Shown piece by piece: positions 48,601-61,239 of a stretch of DNA of 64,000 bases (the first letter of the stretch is position 1; each line of letters begins with the position of its first letter). Origin of the DNA: Scyliorhinus canicula (lineage: Eukaryota). The notes beneath the pieces are model-generated. The model saw only the letters and a program-made list of their open reading frames with translations, ran no database searches and was not told the origin of the DNA. The DNA is taken from NCBI RefSeq assembly GCF_902713615.1, contig NC_052175.1, forward strand, positions 9,341,271 through 9,405,270. Reading direction: 5' to 3'. A program made the position numbers and the translations under genes.

Positions 48601-51600
48601 AACCCTGGTAAGTGACTGGTAAGTAGTCTCTCTTTTTCTTTTCATTGTCTAATTTATTTATTTTTATTTTGAAATTCTAGTTGTTTTAGTTTACCAAGGG
48701 TTTAAGACATGGCAGGAGATCCCAGACCCGTGTCATGCTCCTCGTGTGCGATGTGGGAGCTCAGGGACACGGCCACTGTCCCTGGCTCCTTCACGTGCAA
48801 GAAGTGTGTTCAGTTGCAGCTCTTGTTAGACCGCTTGACGGCTCTGGAGCTGCAGATGGACTCACTTTGGAGCATCCGCGATGCTGAGGAGGTCGTGGAT
48901 AGCACGTTTAGCGAGTTGGTCACACCGCAGGTGAAGGTTACTGAGGGAGATAGAAAATGGGTGACCAAAAGACAGAGCAAGAGCGGGAAGGCAGTACAGG
49001 TGTCCCCTGCGGTCATCTCCCTGCAAAACAGATATACCGCTATGGATACTGTTGAGGAAGATGGCTCACCAGGGGAAGGCAGCAGCAGCCAGTTTCATGG
49101 CACCGTGGCTGGCTCTGCTGCACAGCAGGGCAGGAAGAAAAATGGCAGGGCTATAGTGATAGGGGACTCGATCGTAAGGGGAATAGACAGGCGGTTCTGT
49201 GGACGCAATCGAGACTCCAGGATGGTATGTTGCCTCCCTGGTGCAAGGGTCAAGGATGTCTCGGAGCGGCTGCAGGACATTCTGAGGGGGGGGGGGGGAG
49301 GGTGAACAGCCAGCTGTCGTGGTGCACAAAGGCACCAACGATATAGGTAAAAAACGGGATGAGGTCCTACAAGCGGAATTCAGGGAGTTAGGAGTTAAAC
49401 TAAAAAGTAGGACCTCAAAGGTAGTAATCTCAGGATTGCTACCAGTGCCACGAGCTAGTCAGAGTAGGAATGTCAGGATAGATAGGATGAATGCGTGGCT
49501 CGAGAGATGGTGCAAGAGGGAGGGATTCAAATTCCTGGGGCATTGGGACCGGTTCTGTGGGGGTGTGACCAGTACAAACCGGACGGTCTGCACTTGGGCA
49601 GGACTGGAACCGATGTCCTAGGGGGTTAGGGGTGTTTTCTAGAGCTGTTGGGGAGGGTTTAAACTACTGTGGCAGGGGGATGGGAACCAATGCTGGAAGT
49701 TGGAAGGTAGTAAAACAGGGACAGAAACAAAAGGAAGTAAGGGGAAAAGTGCAAGGCAGAGAAGACATAGTCAGAAATCCATAAGGGCGACAGTGCAAGG
49801 TACAGTGACTGAGGGGAGCACAGTGAATAGGCCCAGTAATAACAAAATGAATAAAACTGGAGATGTTAAGATTCAAAACAGAGGTAAAAAAACCAACATA
49901 AGTGTACCTTACCTGAATGCTCGTAGTATTCGGAATAAAGTAAATGAGTTGGTGGCACAAATCATCGCAAATGACTATGATTTAGTGGCCATTACTGAAA
50001 CATGGTTAAAGGATGGTCACGACTGGGAGTTAAATATCCGAGGGTATCAAACTATTCGGAAGGACAGAGTGGATGGTAAGGGAGGTGGTGTTGCTCTGTT
50101 ATTTAAGGATGACATCCGGGCAATAGTAAGGGATGTCATCGGTGCTATGGAGGATAACGTTGAATCCATTTGGGTGGAAATCAGGAATAGTAAGGCGAAA
50201 AAGTCACTGATAGGAGTAGTCTATCGGCCACCAAATAGTAACGAGATGGTGGGGCAGGCAATAAACAAAGAAATAACTGATGCATGTAGAAATGGTACAG
50301 CAGTTATCATAGGGTATTTTAATCTACATGTCGATTGGTTTAACCAGGTCGGTCAAGGCAACCGTGAGGAGGAGTTTAGAGAATGTATCCGCGATAATTT
50401 CCTAGAACAGTATGTAATGGAAGCTACGAGGGAACAAGCGGTCCTAGATCTTGTCCTGTGTAATGAGACAGGATTGATTCATGATCTCATAGTTAGGGAT
50501 CCTCTAGGAAGGAGCGATCACAATATGGTGGAATTTAAAATACAGATGGAGGGTGAGAAAGGAAAATCAAATACTGGTGTTTTGTGTTTAAACAAAGGAG
50601 ATTACAAGGGGATGAGAGAATAACTAGCTAAGGTAGACTGGGTGCTAAGATTTTATGGTGGAACAGTTGAGGAACAGTGGAGAACCTTCCAAGCGATTTT
50701 TCACAGTGCTCAGCAAAGTTTTATACCAACAAAAAGGAAGGACGGAAGAAAGAGGGAAAATCGACCGTGGATATCTAAGGAAATAGGGGAGAGTATCAAA
50801 TTGAAGGAAAAAGCATATAAAGTGGCAAAGATTGCTGGGAGATTAGAGGACGGGGAAATCTTTAGGGGGCAACAGAAAGCTACTAAAAAAGCAATAAAGA
50901 AGAGTAAGATAGAGTATGAGAGTAAACTTGCTCAGAATATAAAAAACAGACAGTAAAAGTTTTTACAAATATATATGACAAAAAAGAGTGGCTACGGTAA
51001 ATATTGGTCCTTTAGAGGATGAGAAGGGAGTTTTAATAATGGGAAATGAGGAAATGGCTGAGGAACTGAACAGGTTTTTTGGGTCGGTCTTCACAGTGGA
51101 AGACACAAATAACATGCCAGCGACTGATAGAAATGAGGCTATGACAGGTGAGGACCTTGAGAGGATTGTTATCACTACGGAGGGAGTGATGGGCAAGCTA
51201 ATGGGGCTAAAGGTAGACAAGTCTCCTGGCCCTGATGGAATGCATCCCAGAGTGCTAAAAGAGATGGCTAGGGAAATTGCAGATGCACTAGTGATAATTT
51301 ACCGAAATTCACTAAACTCTGGGGTGGTCCCGGTGGATTGGAAATTAGCAAACGTGACGCCACTGTTTAAAAAAGGAGGTAGGCAGATAGCAGGAAATTA
51401 TAGGCCAGTGAGTTTAACTTCGGTAATAGGGAAGATGCTGGAATCTATCATCAAGGAAGAAATTGCGAGGCATCTGGATAGAAATTGTCCCATTGGGCAG
51501 ACGCAGCATGGGTTCGTAAAAGGCAGGTCATGCCTAACTAATTTATTGAAATTTTTTGAGGACATTACCAGTGCAGTAGATAACGGGGAGCCGATGGATG

Positions 51601-52820
51601 TGGTATATCTGGATTTCCAGAAAGCCTTTGACAAGGTGCCACACAAAAGGTTGCTGCATAAGATACAGATGCATGGCATTAAGGGTAAAGTAGTAGGATG
51701 GATAGAGGATTGGTTAATTAATAGAAAGCAAAGTGTTGGGATAAGTGGGTGTTTCTCTGGTTGGCAATCAGTAGCTAGTGGTGTCCCTCAGGGATCCGTG
51801 TTGGGCCCACAATTGTTCACAATTTACATTGATGATTTGGAGTTGGGGACCAAGGGCAATGTGTCCAGGTTTGCAGATGACACTAAGATGAGTGGTAAAG
51901 CGAAAAGTGCAGAGGATACTGGAAGTCTGCAGAGGGATTTGGATAGGTTAAGTGAATGGGCTCGGGTCTGGCAGATGGAATACAATGTTGAAAAATGTGA
52001 GGTTATCCGTTTTGGTAGGAATAACAGCAAACGGGATTATTATTTAAACGATAAAATATTAAAGCATGCCGCTGTTCAGAGAGACTTGGGTGTGCTAGGG
52101 CATGAGTCACAGAAGGTTGGTTTACAAGTGCAACAGGTGATTAAGAAGGCAAATGGAATTTTGTCCTTCATTGCTAGAGGGATGGAGTTTAAGACTAGGG
52201 AGGTTATGTTGCAATTGTATAAGGTGTTAGTGCGGCCACACCTGGAGTGTTGTGTTCAGTTTTGGTCTCCTTACTTGAGAAAGGACGTACTGGCGCTGGA
52301 GGGTGTGCAGAGGAGATTCACTAGGTTAATCCCAGACCTGAAGGGGTTGGATTATGAGGAGAGGTTGAGTAGACTGGGACTGTACTCTTTGGAATTTAGA
52401 AGGATGAGGGGGGATCTTATAGAATCATTTAAATTTATGAAGGGAATAGATAGGATAGATGCGGGCAGGTTGTTTCCACTGGCGGGTGACAGCAGAACTA
52501 GGGGGCACGGCCTCAAAATAAGGGGAAGTAGATTTAGGACTGAGTTTAGGATGAACTTCTTCACCCAAAGGGTTGTGAATCTATGGAATTCCTTGCCCAG
52601 TGAAGCAGTTGAGGCTCCTTCATTACATGTTTTTAAGGTAAAGATAGATAGTTTTTTGAAGTATAAAGGGATTAAGGGTTATGGTGTTCGGGACGGAAAG
52701 TGGAGCTGAGTCCACAAAAGATCAGCCATGATCTAATTGAATGGCGGAGCAGGCTCGAGGTGCAAGATGGCCTACTCCTGCTCCTAGTTCTCATGTTCTT
52801 ATGTTCTTATGTTCTTATGA
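47836..52820 (+). mobile_element. Near-full-length CR1 LINE (5' UTR monomers, ORF1, ORF2, ATGTTCTT tail)
   Basis: ORF1 starts at 48709 with a CxxC...CxxC zinc finger and a GDS esterase-like domain (IGDSIVRG). ORF2 has an APE endonuclease (ITETWL, VYRPP, SDHN) and RT (PGPDG, GVPQGSVLGP, FADD). The only lesions seen are a G-run frameshift near 49290, a TAA at 50621 and a frameshift near 50950. Confidence 0.95.
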
Positions 52821-53660
52821 TACCGGAATTCTGCAGAGGGACTTGGATAGGTTAAGTGAATGGGTTAGGGTCTGGCAGATGGAATACAATGGAGCAAAAT
52901 GTGCGATTATCCATTTTGGTAGGAATTACAGCAAAAGGGATTAGTATTTATGTCGTAAAATATTAAAACATACCGCTGTGCATAGAGAACCTGAGTGTAC
53001 AAGTACATGAGTCGCAAAAAGTTGGTTTACAGGTGCAACGTGTGATTAAGAAGGCAAATGTAGTTTTGTCCTTCATTGCTAGAGGGATGGAGTTTAAGAC
53101 TAGTTAGATTTTGCTGCAATTGTGTAAGGTGTTAGTAAGGCCACACCTGGAGTATCGTGTTCAGTTTTGGTCTCCTTATCTGAGGAAGGGCGTACTAGCG
53201 ATGGAGGGCATCGAGAGTAGAGGGGGTTGGATTACGAGGAGACGTTGAGTGGACTGGGACTGTACTCGTCAGAATTCAGAAGGCTGCAGGGGGATCTTCT
53301 GGAAAGATATAAAATTATGAAGTGAATAGATAGCATAGGTGCTGGTAGTTTACTTCCACTGGGGGTGAAGCAGATCGAGGGAGCATCACCTCAAAAGAAG
53401 GGGCAGTATATTTACGACTGAGTTTAGGAGGAACTTCTCCCAAAGAGTTGTGAATCTATGGATTCCTTGCCCAGTGAAGCAGTTGAGGTTCCTTCATTAA
53501 ATGTTTTTAAGGTAAAGATAGATAGTTTTTCTGAAGAATAAAGGGATTAAGGGTTATGGTGTTCTGAGCTGAGTCTACAAAAGATCAGCCATGATCTCAT
53601 TAAATGGAGGAGCAGGCTCGGGGGCCTGATGGCCGACTCCTGCTCGTAGCTCTTATGTCT
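52821..53660 (+). mobile_element. Older decayed CR1 ORF2 fragment (right half and 3' end)
   Basis: Resumes at TGILQRDLDRLSEW, the sequence that follows FADDTKMS...AED in this family, and ends with the CR1 tail. Confidence 0.85.
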
Positions 53661-54047
53661 TTATGCTCTTAACGCCCGCATATCCAGACATAGGAGCAGC
53701 TTATTCCGCACAGCAACTAAACTCCTCAACGACTCTCCCACGAACTGATCTGTTCCATGTAAGAACATTATTCGCATCGCCCTATGCTGCTCTCGCTCAT
53801 GTATTTGCTTCGTTGGGACCATTGTTTCGAGCTTTAGCCGGTCACTACTTTTGATGGACATTTGATAATGTACTCCATCGATTATTCTTCTGATGTGTTG
53901 ATGCCGGAATTTGACTGGGGTGAGCACAGTGAGAAGTCTTACAGCACCAGGTTAAAGTCCAGCAGGTTTGTTTCGAATCACTACCTTTTCGAGCACAGCT
54001 CGTTCCGCAGGAGAATTACGAGATGTATTAATCTTTTGTCTACGGAA

Positions 54048-54895
54048 GAACAGTGGTTAGCACGGTTGCTTCATTGGCCCAGTGTCCCGAGTTTGATTCC
54101 CGGCTTGGGTCACTGTGCAGAATCTGCACATTCTCCCGATGTCTGCATCGGTTACCTCCAGGTGCTCCGGCCAAGATATCATTGAATGGATGAGCAGGCT
54201 CGAGGGGCCAGATGGCCTCCTCCTGCTCCTTGTTCTGATGTTCTTATTCTTTCTTCCCACAGTCCGAAGATGTGCAGTTTCGGTGGATTGGACATGGTAA
54301 ATTGCACATACTGTCCAAAAACGTGGGTGGAGTTACTGGTTTACGGGAACGGGTGTAGGTGTGCCATAAAGAGGGTGATCTTTCCAAGGTCGGTGCTCTC
54401 GATGGGACGAATGGATTAATTCTGCACTGAAAATCTATGATTACATGATTCTAACAGTCAGGTTAAAAAAATGTTTTGCGTACATCGGTACATGGGACAA
54501 TAAATATGAATTAATAAATAATTTCTCCCCCCTCGCCTTTTATCAGGAACATAGAATCATTGAAATTACAGTGCAGGAGGAGGTAATTCGGCCCATAGAG
54601 TCTGCACCGGGTCTTGGAAAGAGCATCCTACCCAAGGTCAACACCTCCATCCTATCCCCATAACCCCACCCAACAGTAAAGGCAATTTTGGACACTTAAG
54701 GGCAATTTATCGTGGCCAATCCACCTAACCTGCACATCTTTGGACTGTGGGAGGAAACCGGAGCACCCGGAGGAAACCCACGCACACACGGGGAAGATGT
54801 GCAGACTCCACACAGACAGTGACCCAAGCCAGGATCGAACCTGGTACCCTGCAGCTGTGAAGCAATTGCGCTATCCAGAATGCTACCGTGCTGCC
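54048..54895. mobile_element. Two V-SINEs (about 54048-54445 plus with a CR1-tail insert, about 54550-54895 minus)
   Basis: Family matches. Confidence 0.8.
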
Positions 54896-55274
54896 ATTGA
54901 AAATCGCTTATTGTCACGAGTAGGCTTCAATGGTTACTGTGAAAAGCCCCTAGTTGCCACATTCCGGCGCCTGTCCGGGGAGGCTGGTACGGGATTCGAA
55001 CCGTGCTGCTGGCCAGCTTGGTCTGCTTTAAAAGCCAGCGATTTAGCTGAGTGAGCTAAACCAGCCGCTTACGTGTCGGTGAAAACTGTGCCTCACCCCA
55101 CCCCCATTTATCATGGACACTGGCGGTGAACTCTGTCCCTCATCTCCCCCCACCTTTTATAACGAACATTGTCGGTGAACTCTGTCTCTCACCCCGCCCC
55201 CTTTATCAGAGACACTGTCGGTGAACTCTGTCGCTCATCACCCCTCCCACGTTCATCAGGGACATTTTAGGTTC

Positions 55275-56151
55275 AGTCTGTCCTTCAACAGATCTGCCAA
55301 AGAGTGAATCCTGTCCGGCTGCATCACAGTTTTGTGTGGCAACTGCTCGGCCCAAGATCGCAAGAAACTGCAAAGTGTGGTGAACTCAGCCAAACGCATC
55401 TTGCAAGCTTGCCTCCTGCACATTATTTATGTCTGCACCTCCCGCTTCCTCAGGAAGGCAGACAGCATTGACGGAGGCCCCTCACACCTAGACTTTGCCT
55501 TCATCTTTTTGTTCATTCGGTTTGTTTTCACTGGAATGACGGGGGTTGAGGGGCGAACAGATGGAGGTCTACAAAAGTATGAGGGGCATAGACAGAGTGG
55601 ATACTCAGAGGTTTTTCCCCAGGTTAGAGGGGTCAATTACTAGGGGGAATAGGTTTAAGGTGCGAGGGGCAAGGTTTAAAGATGTGCGAGGCACATTTTT
55701 TACACAGAGGGTGGGTGCCTGGAACTCGCTGCCAGAGGAGATGGTGGAAGAGGGGACGATAAAGACATTTGAGATACATCTGGACAAATACATGAATAAG
55801 ATGGGAATAGAGGGATACGCACCCAGGAAGAATAGAAGATTTTAGTTTAGTTGGGCAGGGAGGGCCGAAAGGCCTATTCCTCTGCTGTACCTTTTTTCGT
55901 TCTTTCTTTGATCTTTGTTCTAGACCTTTTAATCAGGCAGAATATACAGAGATCAGAAGATCCACACATCCAAACACAGGAGCAGCTTCATTCCCACAGC
56001 GGCAACACTCCTCAACGACGCTCCATCGGACTTCCCAAGAGCCGGTGCAGACTTGATGGGCCGAATGGCCTCCTTCTCCACTGTAAATTCTACGACTGAT
56101 CTTTTCCCTGTACGAACACTGTCCATGACTCCCTATGCTGCTCTTGCGCAT
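55275..56151 (+). mobile_element. Rex1/Babar-like LINE 3' fragment (continues after the LTR element at 62667-62770; related tail at 53660-53900)
   Basis: CGNCSAQDRKKLQSVVNSA motif. The tail ccctatgctgctc..gcat|gtatttgctt matches the uninterrupted copy near 53780. Confidence 0.65.
55520..55900 (+). mobile_element. CR1 3' fragment inserted in a Rex1/Babar-type fragment
   Basis: EVYKSMRGIDRVD and RVGAWNSLP. Confidence 0.75.
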
Positions 56152-57580
56152 TGAAGTTAAAACTCACCACTATTATTAGAATTCCCCCATACCAAAAAAA
56201 GGTCGATATTCTAAATGGTGAACAGGGATTCTCACTCCCTGACTCCAATGCAGGCTTCTGTGGGTGCTATTCAGGTCAAACTATCTTTTCAAGTTATCCC
56301 CCGGTATAACCCATACCTTCACCGAAGAATTTTACCTACTTACCCCTTAATAGCATTGATGTCCTGGGTCCTGCGTTATTAAGGAAGTGAAGTAAGCTAA
56401 TAACCACTTTTTCAGGTTAAGTTATTTTTATTATTATATTTTTTCTTTTAAAAGCTGCAAACACTTTCTTTACAGAAAAAAAAAGGTCTTGCTTCTGGCT
56501 GCTGCTGGTTGGTTGTACAGACTTTCAGGCCCACCTTGTCAATCAATTTTCTTAAAATCTGGTCTTCTGGAGTTGTATTCACTGATGAACTCGGTTGCTG
56601 TGTCCTGTCTTTCCCATGCATCGAGCTGTGAGAGCTGGCTCTGCTAGCTATCTCTAAGCTGACTCTGACTCCTGTATAAATTCTAGTCTTCCTTAGATGT
56701 ATAACTGTTTAAACTCGGCTGCTTGCCTTGTCTTTCCCATGACCGAGCTCTCTCTCTCTCTCTCTCTCTCTGAGTTCTCCTCCCCTTCTCTCCTGTTGCT
56801 GTTGCTGTTGCTTCTGCTCCCTGGGTTTATATTCTCTTTCTAAGAGTTATTAAGTTTTAACGACTTTATTGTAAATGGGCTTTTTTCACTTTGATAGTTT
56901 AAAAGTATCTTTGATGTAAACATTTTACGACAACTAATTATTCATTTTGGGCATATCGTCCCCTCTCAAATCTGATTTTAAAATGCTTTGGTTTCAATAG
57001 TTAACTCTTATTTCTGTGATTTCGAATCGTTTAATTTTCCAATTGTCCCCAGCTCATAACTTTGCCTTTGATTTTGACTTAAATGATGTTTCTCGTAGAC
57101 AGGTCGTCTCCAATTTTCTTTTAATTGACTTGATGTTCGTAGAATTTTACACTTTAAAATTGACACCAAATTCGACTGGGCATCTTCCATCCTTTCCAGC
57201 TGTTTACTAAGAGAGTTTATTTCAATTAAGGTGTGAAACTTTGCTTTTAGCTGTATGCTAAAATTTAACTTGGTTATGACTTGAAAGACTTGCCTGTTTT
57301 AAACATTCGTCACTTAATGCAATTGAAACTCTCATCCATGCTTTTTCAGATGCTTCCTGAGATAGTTACATTCCATGAAGGTGTGAGCCATTGTTTTAGC
57401 TTACCAGATGAAACCTATGTGTTTGCTAACCCTGCTTGTGATCAAGAATCTGCATTTTATAACCCTGCTCTTTGCAGCTGCTATTGACCTATTGTGGGAT
57501 CTTTCCTTGTACCCTCTCAAACCAGATATTGCCAGACTTCCATGTTTCAAATGACACATTTTTCTGTATTTTCAAGAACA
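56152..57580 (-). repeat. 3' LTR (1429 bp)
   Basis: Near-identical to 61240-62666 with scattered substitutions and a different (CT)n length. Preceded on the minus strand by the purine-rich tract AAGACGGGG (57581-57589). Confidence 0.9.
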
Positions 57581-57605
57581 CCCCGTCTTGACATTTGAAA
57601 CATAA

Positions 57606-57851
57606 CTATAGAACATAGAACATAGAACATAGAACAGTACAGCACAGAACAGGCCCTTCGGCCCTCAATGTTGTGCCGAGCAATGATCACCCTACTCAAA
57701 CCCACAAATCCACCCTATACCCGTAACCCAACAACCCCCCCCCCCCTTAACCTTACTTTTTAGGACACTATGGGCAATTTAGCATGGCCAATCCACCTAA
57801 CCCGCACATCTTTGGACTGTGGGAGGAAACCGGAGCACCCGGAGGAAACCC
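57606..57851 (-). mobile_element. 5'-truncated V-SINE inserted inside the LTR element
   Basis: (catagaa)n tail and V core, about 25 bp from the 3' LTR. Confidence 0.85.
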
Positions 57852-60800
57852 ATAATTTGGTTAATTGTCCCCCCCATCCAATTGTACTAACATGCATCCC
57901 CGATCTTTGTCATTTGTATGCATGTGTTGGAATTTCAAATTGTGCACCGAAATCAACACGTAAATGCAGCCATATCTCAGACCAGTGTCGAAAAGAGTCT
58001 TTTTCCCTCAAGTCCAATTACCGTGGACCATAGCCGTTGTTGCTCAGGAAGGTAACATAATCGCTTTCCGTGTGTTCCACTACCTCCAAAGCATTTTACT
58101 TCCTTGGGATAGCAGCACCGTAGAAGCTTCCTCATGTCCCTTAGAAACAGCACACAACTCAGTCCATCAGTAACCACAAAGGTCTTTTGTCCATCACTGG
58201 CTGTTATGTGTCCCATTTTTCCGTCATCCAAATTGCTTTTCCATTTCTGATTGGAGTGGTAAATTATGATATCATGTACCACCCACTGATTCCCTTGATT
58301 CATTAATTTAAAAGGTTCAATTGATATTGCTTGTATTCCTAACTTCCCCATTAATGTCTAACATTGTCGTGAACCATGTATGTCTGCCAACCCCTGGTTT
58401 ACATGAGAGAATATCTTTCTGACAAATTTCCTTCAAATCCCTTTCATCTGTCATCATTTCCCTTACACCATGAAAGTGTATATTTTCCATTACAGCATTT
58501 GTAAAACCACATTGAACTGTCACTTTTCCAAATAAATTCTCCCTATTGTTAAATACATAGTAACAAAAATTAAGTCTTATCTTAACACATTACTCATTAC
58601 CTAACCACACAAATAGACTGTGTGGTACAAATTTACATATTTTCAACTGTTATCACAATTTTAATACTCGAAATAAAGTACAATATTGAAACATCCCTTC
58701 TTGGCTTTGGGACCAATAGTCATTACATACTAAATATGGCATATAAACAACATCAATATTATTTGTAATGTTCTATGTAATTAAATCAAGAAAACACACT
58801 AAACTACCCCTCTATTAAAACATTCACACAGTTTAGAAATGCGGATCAAGTTGTTTAACGGCACACCTACCCCCCTTATCATATATATATATAACAGTCC
58901 CTATCAATTTACATGAAATGTCTTTCTTTAATAACGATTACAGCTCTTCAATGCAATATTGTTTTGCTGCATTGGTAACAATTTTCCCGCCGTGGTATCA
59001 AGCTACAAAAATTCTTAAATGATTGTCATTTATCATGTTGGGGTTCCTCGTCAGTCGCTGCTGTCTGCCGAGACCCTTAATACCTCCACCGTGTAGTACA
59101 TACCCCATGGAGACCACAGATCATCCATCAGCTAATGTCCAGTTAGAGATGTCTGACTGGAGGTTTCACTGTCCAGTAATAATTTGATATTTCGATTTGT
59201 TTCTAACCCGTAACGTTGTCCACCGGGCTCTTTCATTTAATTCCCTCAAATTTGTAGCCAATTGTATCATTAGTTTCCCCCCAATCCTGCAAAAAGATTC
59301 TTCTCTGGAGCGTAGTTCTCTTCCTTCTTGTGAACTGGTTTGTTATTTATCTGAAAAATCAAATGAACAGATCAAGGGTGGAGAGGGCCCTATTCTTTAA
59401 TTTGTACTTTCTATTTTAATTTGGTTAACTCAGAAGTGCCCTCTCCAGGACTTCCTGATTTCGTTTGCCACCATTTCTTTTTGAACTGGTTTATTTTCCT
59501 TATCATTGATGTACATCATACAACTAAAGCCTGTTAAGCCTCCTCCTTCGTCATTGCACCCCTGAGTGAGATGCGAAGAATCTCAAACTCCTCCTCTTTT
59601 GCTCACCCTGTGATCCAATCTGGTCAAAACCTTACCCTGATACTTTCCTGATATTGCTACTATATTTAATTTAATTACTTTATTTTGATTACGACCGGAT
59701 TTTTATGAAAGTAAGATCCGAACATGACATTTTTACTTTATTATCTGTCCAATCAATGCTGCTAACAGGTTTTAATTCACTGTCTTCCCACCAATTGGAT
59801 CATGTGTTTTAATTGTGATACAATTTATTTTGCTCCAGACACCATGCTTCTCTAATTCAACTGTATGTGTCCCCAGAATCTGAATGATCTTATCTTTACA
59901 TTTTACAGCTTCACTGATTATTTTCCTGCAGTTTTAGTTGGTAGCTTCACCCAAATTTCCTCTATTATCAATTGGTTTTAATATCTTAATTTTCTAAAGC
60001 TCCTTCTTCAATGTATTTAACATTCTAAACATCATTATTTCTGCTCGTGACTATGTGATCATCAGGCACTAGGACCCTGCGGAGCCATGCAGTGTCAATT
60101 TCAATGCAGCAATTTCAAAGTCTGCAGCAGCTGACTGCTGCCCAGCACAAACTCTTTATCTGTTTATTCTGAGACCAATTTAGTTCTGAACATACTGATT
60201 TACTGATAATACTGATCACATTTCTTCCTGCCATTTATAACTTCCAATTCATGTGAAAATCGGCTTTACAAAATACAACATTTTTTTAAAATACAAACAT
60301 TAAAGGAAATTCACAATTCCTTATTAGACATACACACACTCATTCATCCACTCAGATCTTGGATCTTTACTCTGCAGGATTTCACAAATCCTTATTAAAC
60401 ACACATTTATCCACTGAGATCTTGGACCTCTATTCTGTAGGGTTTTAGTTACTCTTAATAAAATTTGAGACCCCTCCATGCGTGTAAGTTTCACTTCTGC
60501 AGGAGTTTTTTTTTGCCTCTTAAGCTTTTCCACTCTTGTTTCATTGTTTCAACTCTCTAGACCATGTTTCAGAGCAAGAGGATTATTCTCATTGCCATTT
60601 TTCTGAATTCAACTTCTGTTCCTGGTTGCCCCTTTCAGGTGCACTCTGAAATTAAGGATAAGTACCATTTCTGGGCCCTATCCAAGGCTGAATAAGGCAC
60701 TACCTGTTTTAGTTAAGGGTCGATTGGTTATTGGTTTCTGAAGATTCTAAGCGTCCCTATTTTCCAGAAAATGTCCGCACAATCTGCTTTACTCTGAGGA

Positions 60801-61024
60801 TGATTTATTCTTTGGCCTCTTTTACCAGTAACGGATGCAAGATTTTAGTGCTATCACCAAAATGTCTTGCAGACTTTTTCTCAGGGTCATTATCTTCTAG
60901 TCTACTGATTTTCACACCCAACCTGAGCTTCAGTCCCCTCGATCCACAGAATATCCTTACAAAAGCCAATCACACATGACTTTCCAGACTAAACTCGGCA
61001 GGTAAAGTCTGACTCACACATGGA

Positions 61025-61220
61025 CTAGAAACTTCTAATATTCTAGCCTTTGTGCCGGTTAGAAACTTCTAATATTCCAACCGTTTCTTGGGAACTAGAA
61101 ACTTCTAATATTCTAGCCCCTACTCTGCTTAACTAGACACTTCTAATATTCTAGCCTCGCTTTACCTAGAAACTTCTAATATTCTAGGTTCACTTTACCT
61201 AGAAACTTCTAATATTCTAG
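61025..61220. repeat. Six copies of the 22-bp motif CTAGAAACTTCTAATATTCTAG with 11-16 nt variable spacers
   Basis: Copies start at 61025, 61059, 61095, 61133, 61166 and 61199. Each has the terminal inverted repeat CTAGAA/TTCTAG. Confidence 0.95.
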
Positions 61221-61221
61221 G

Positions 61222-61239
61222 CCTCCACGCTGGGCGCCA
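61222..61239 (-). promoter_or_regulatory. Primer-binding site, tRNA-Lys1,2-like
   Basis: TGGCGCCCAGCGTGGAGG directly follows the LTR CA. It matches the canonical Lys1,2 PBS TGGCGCCCAACGTGGGGC at 15 of 18 positions. Confidence 0.75.

Noticed and set aside
61025-61220. CRISPR-like repeat-spacer array
   Set aside because: The spacers are only 11-16 nt, two share a 3' end, there are no cas genes, and the context is a eukaryotic LTR leader. Kept as a hairpin array instead.
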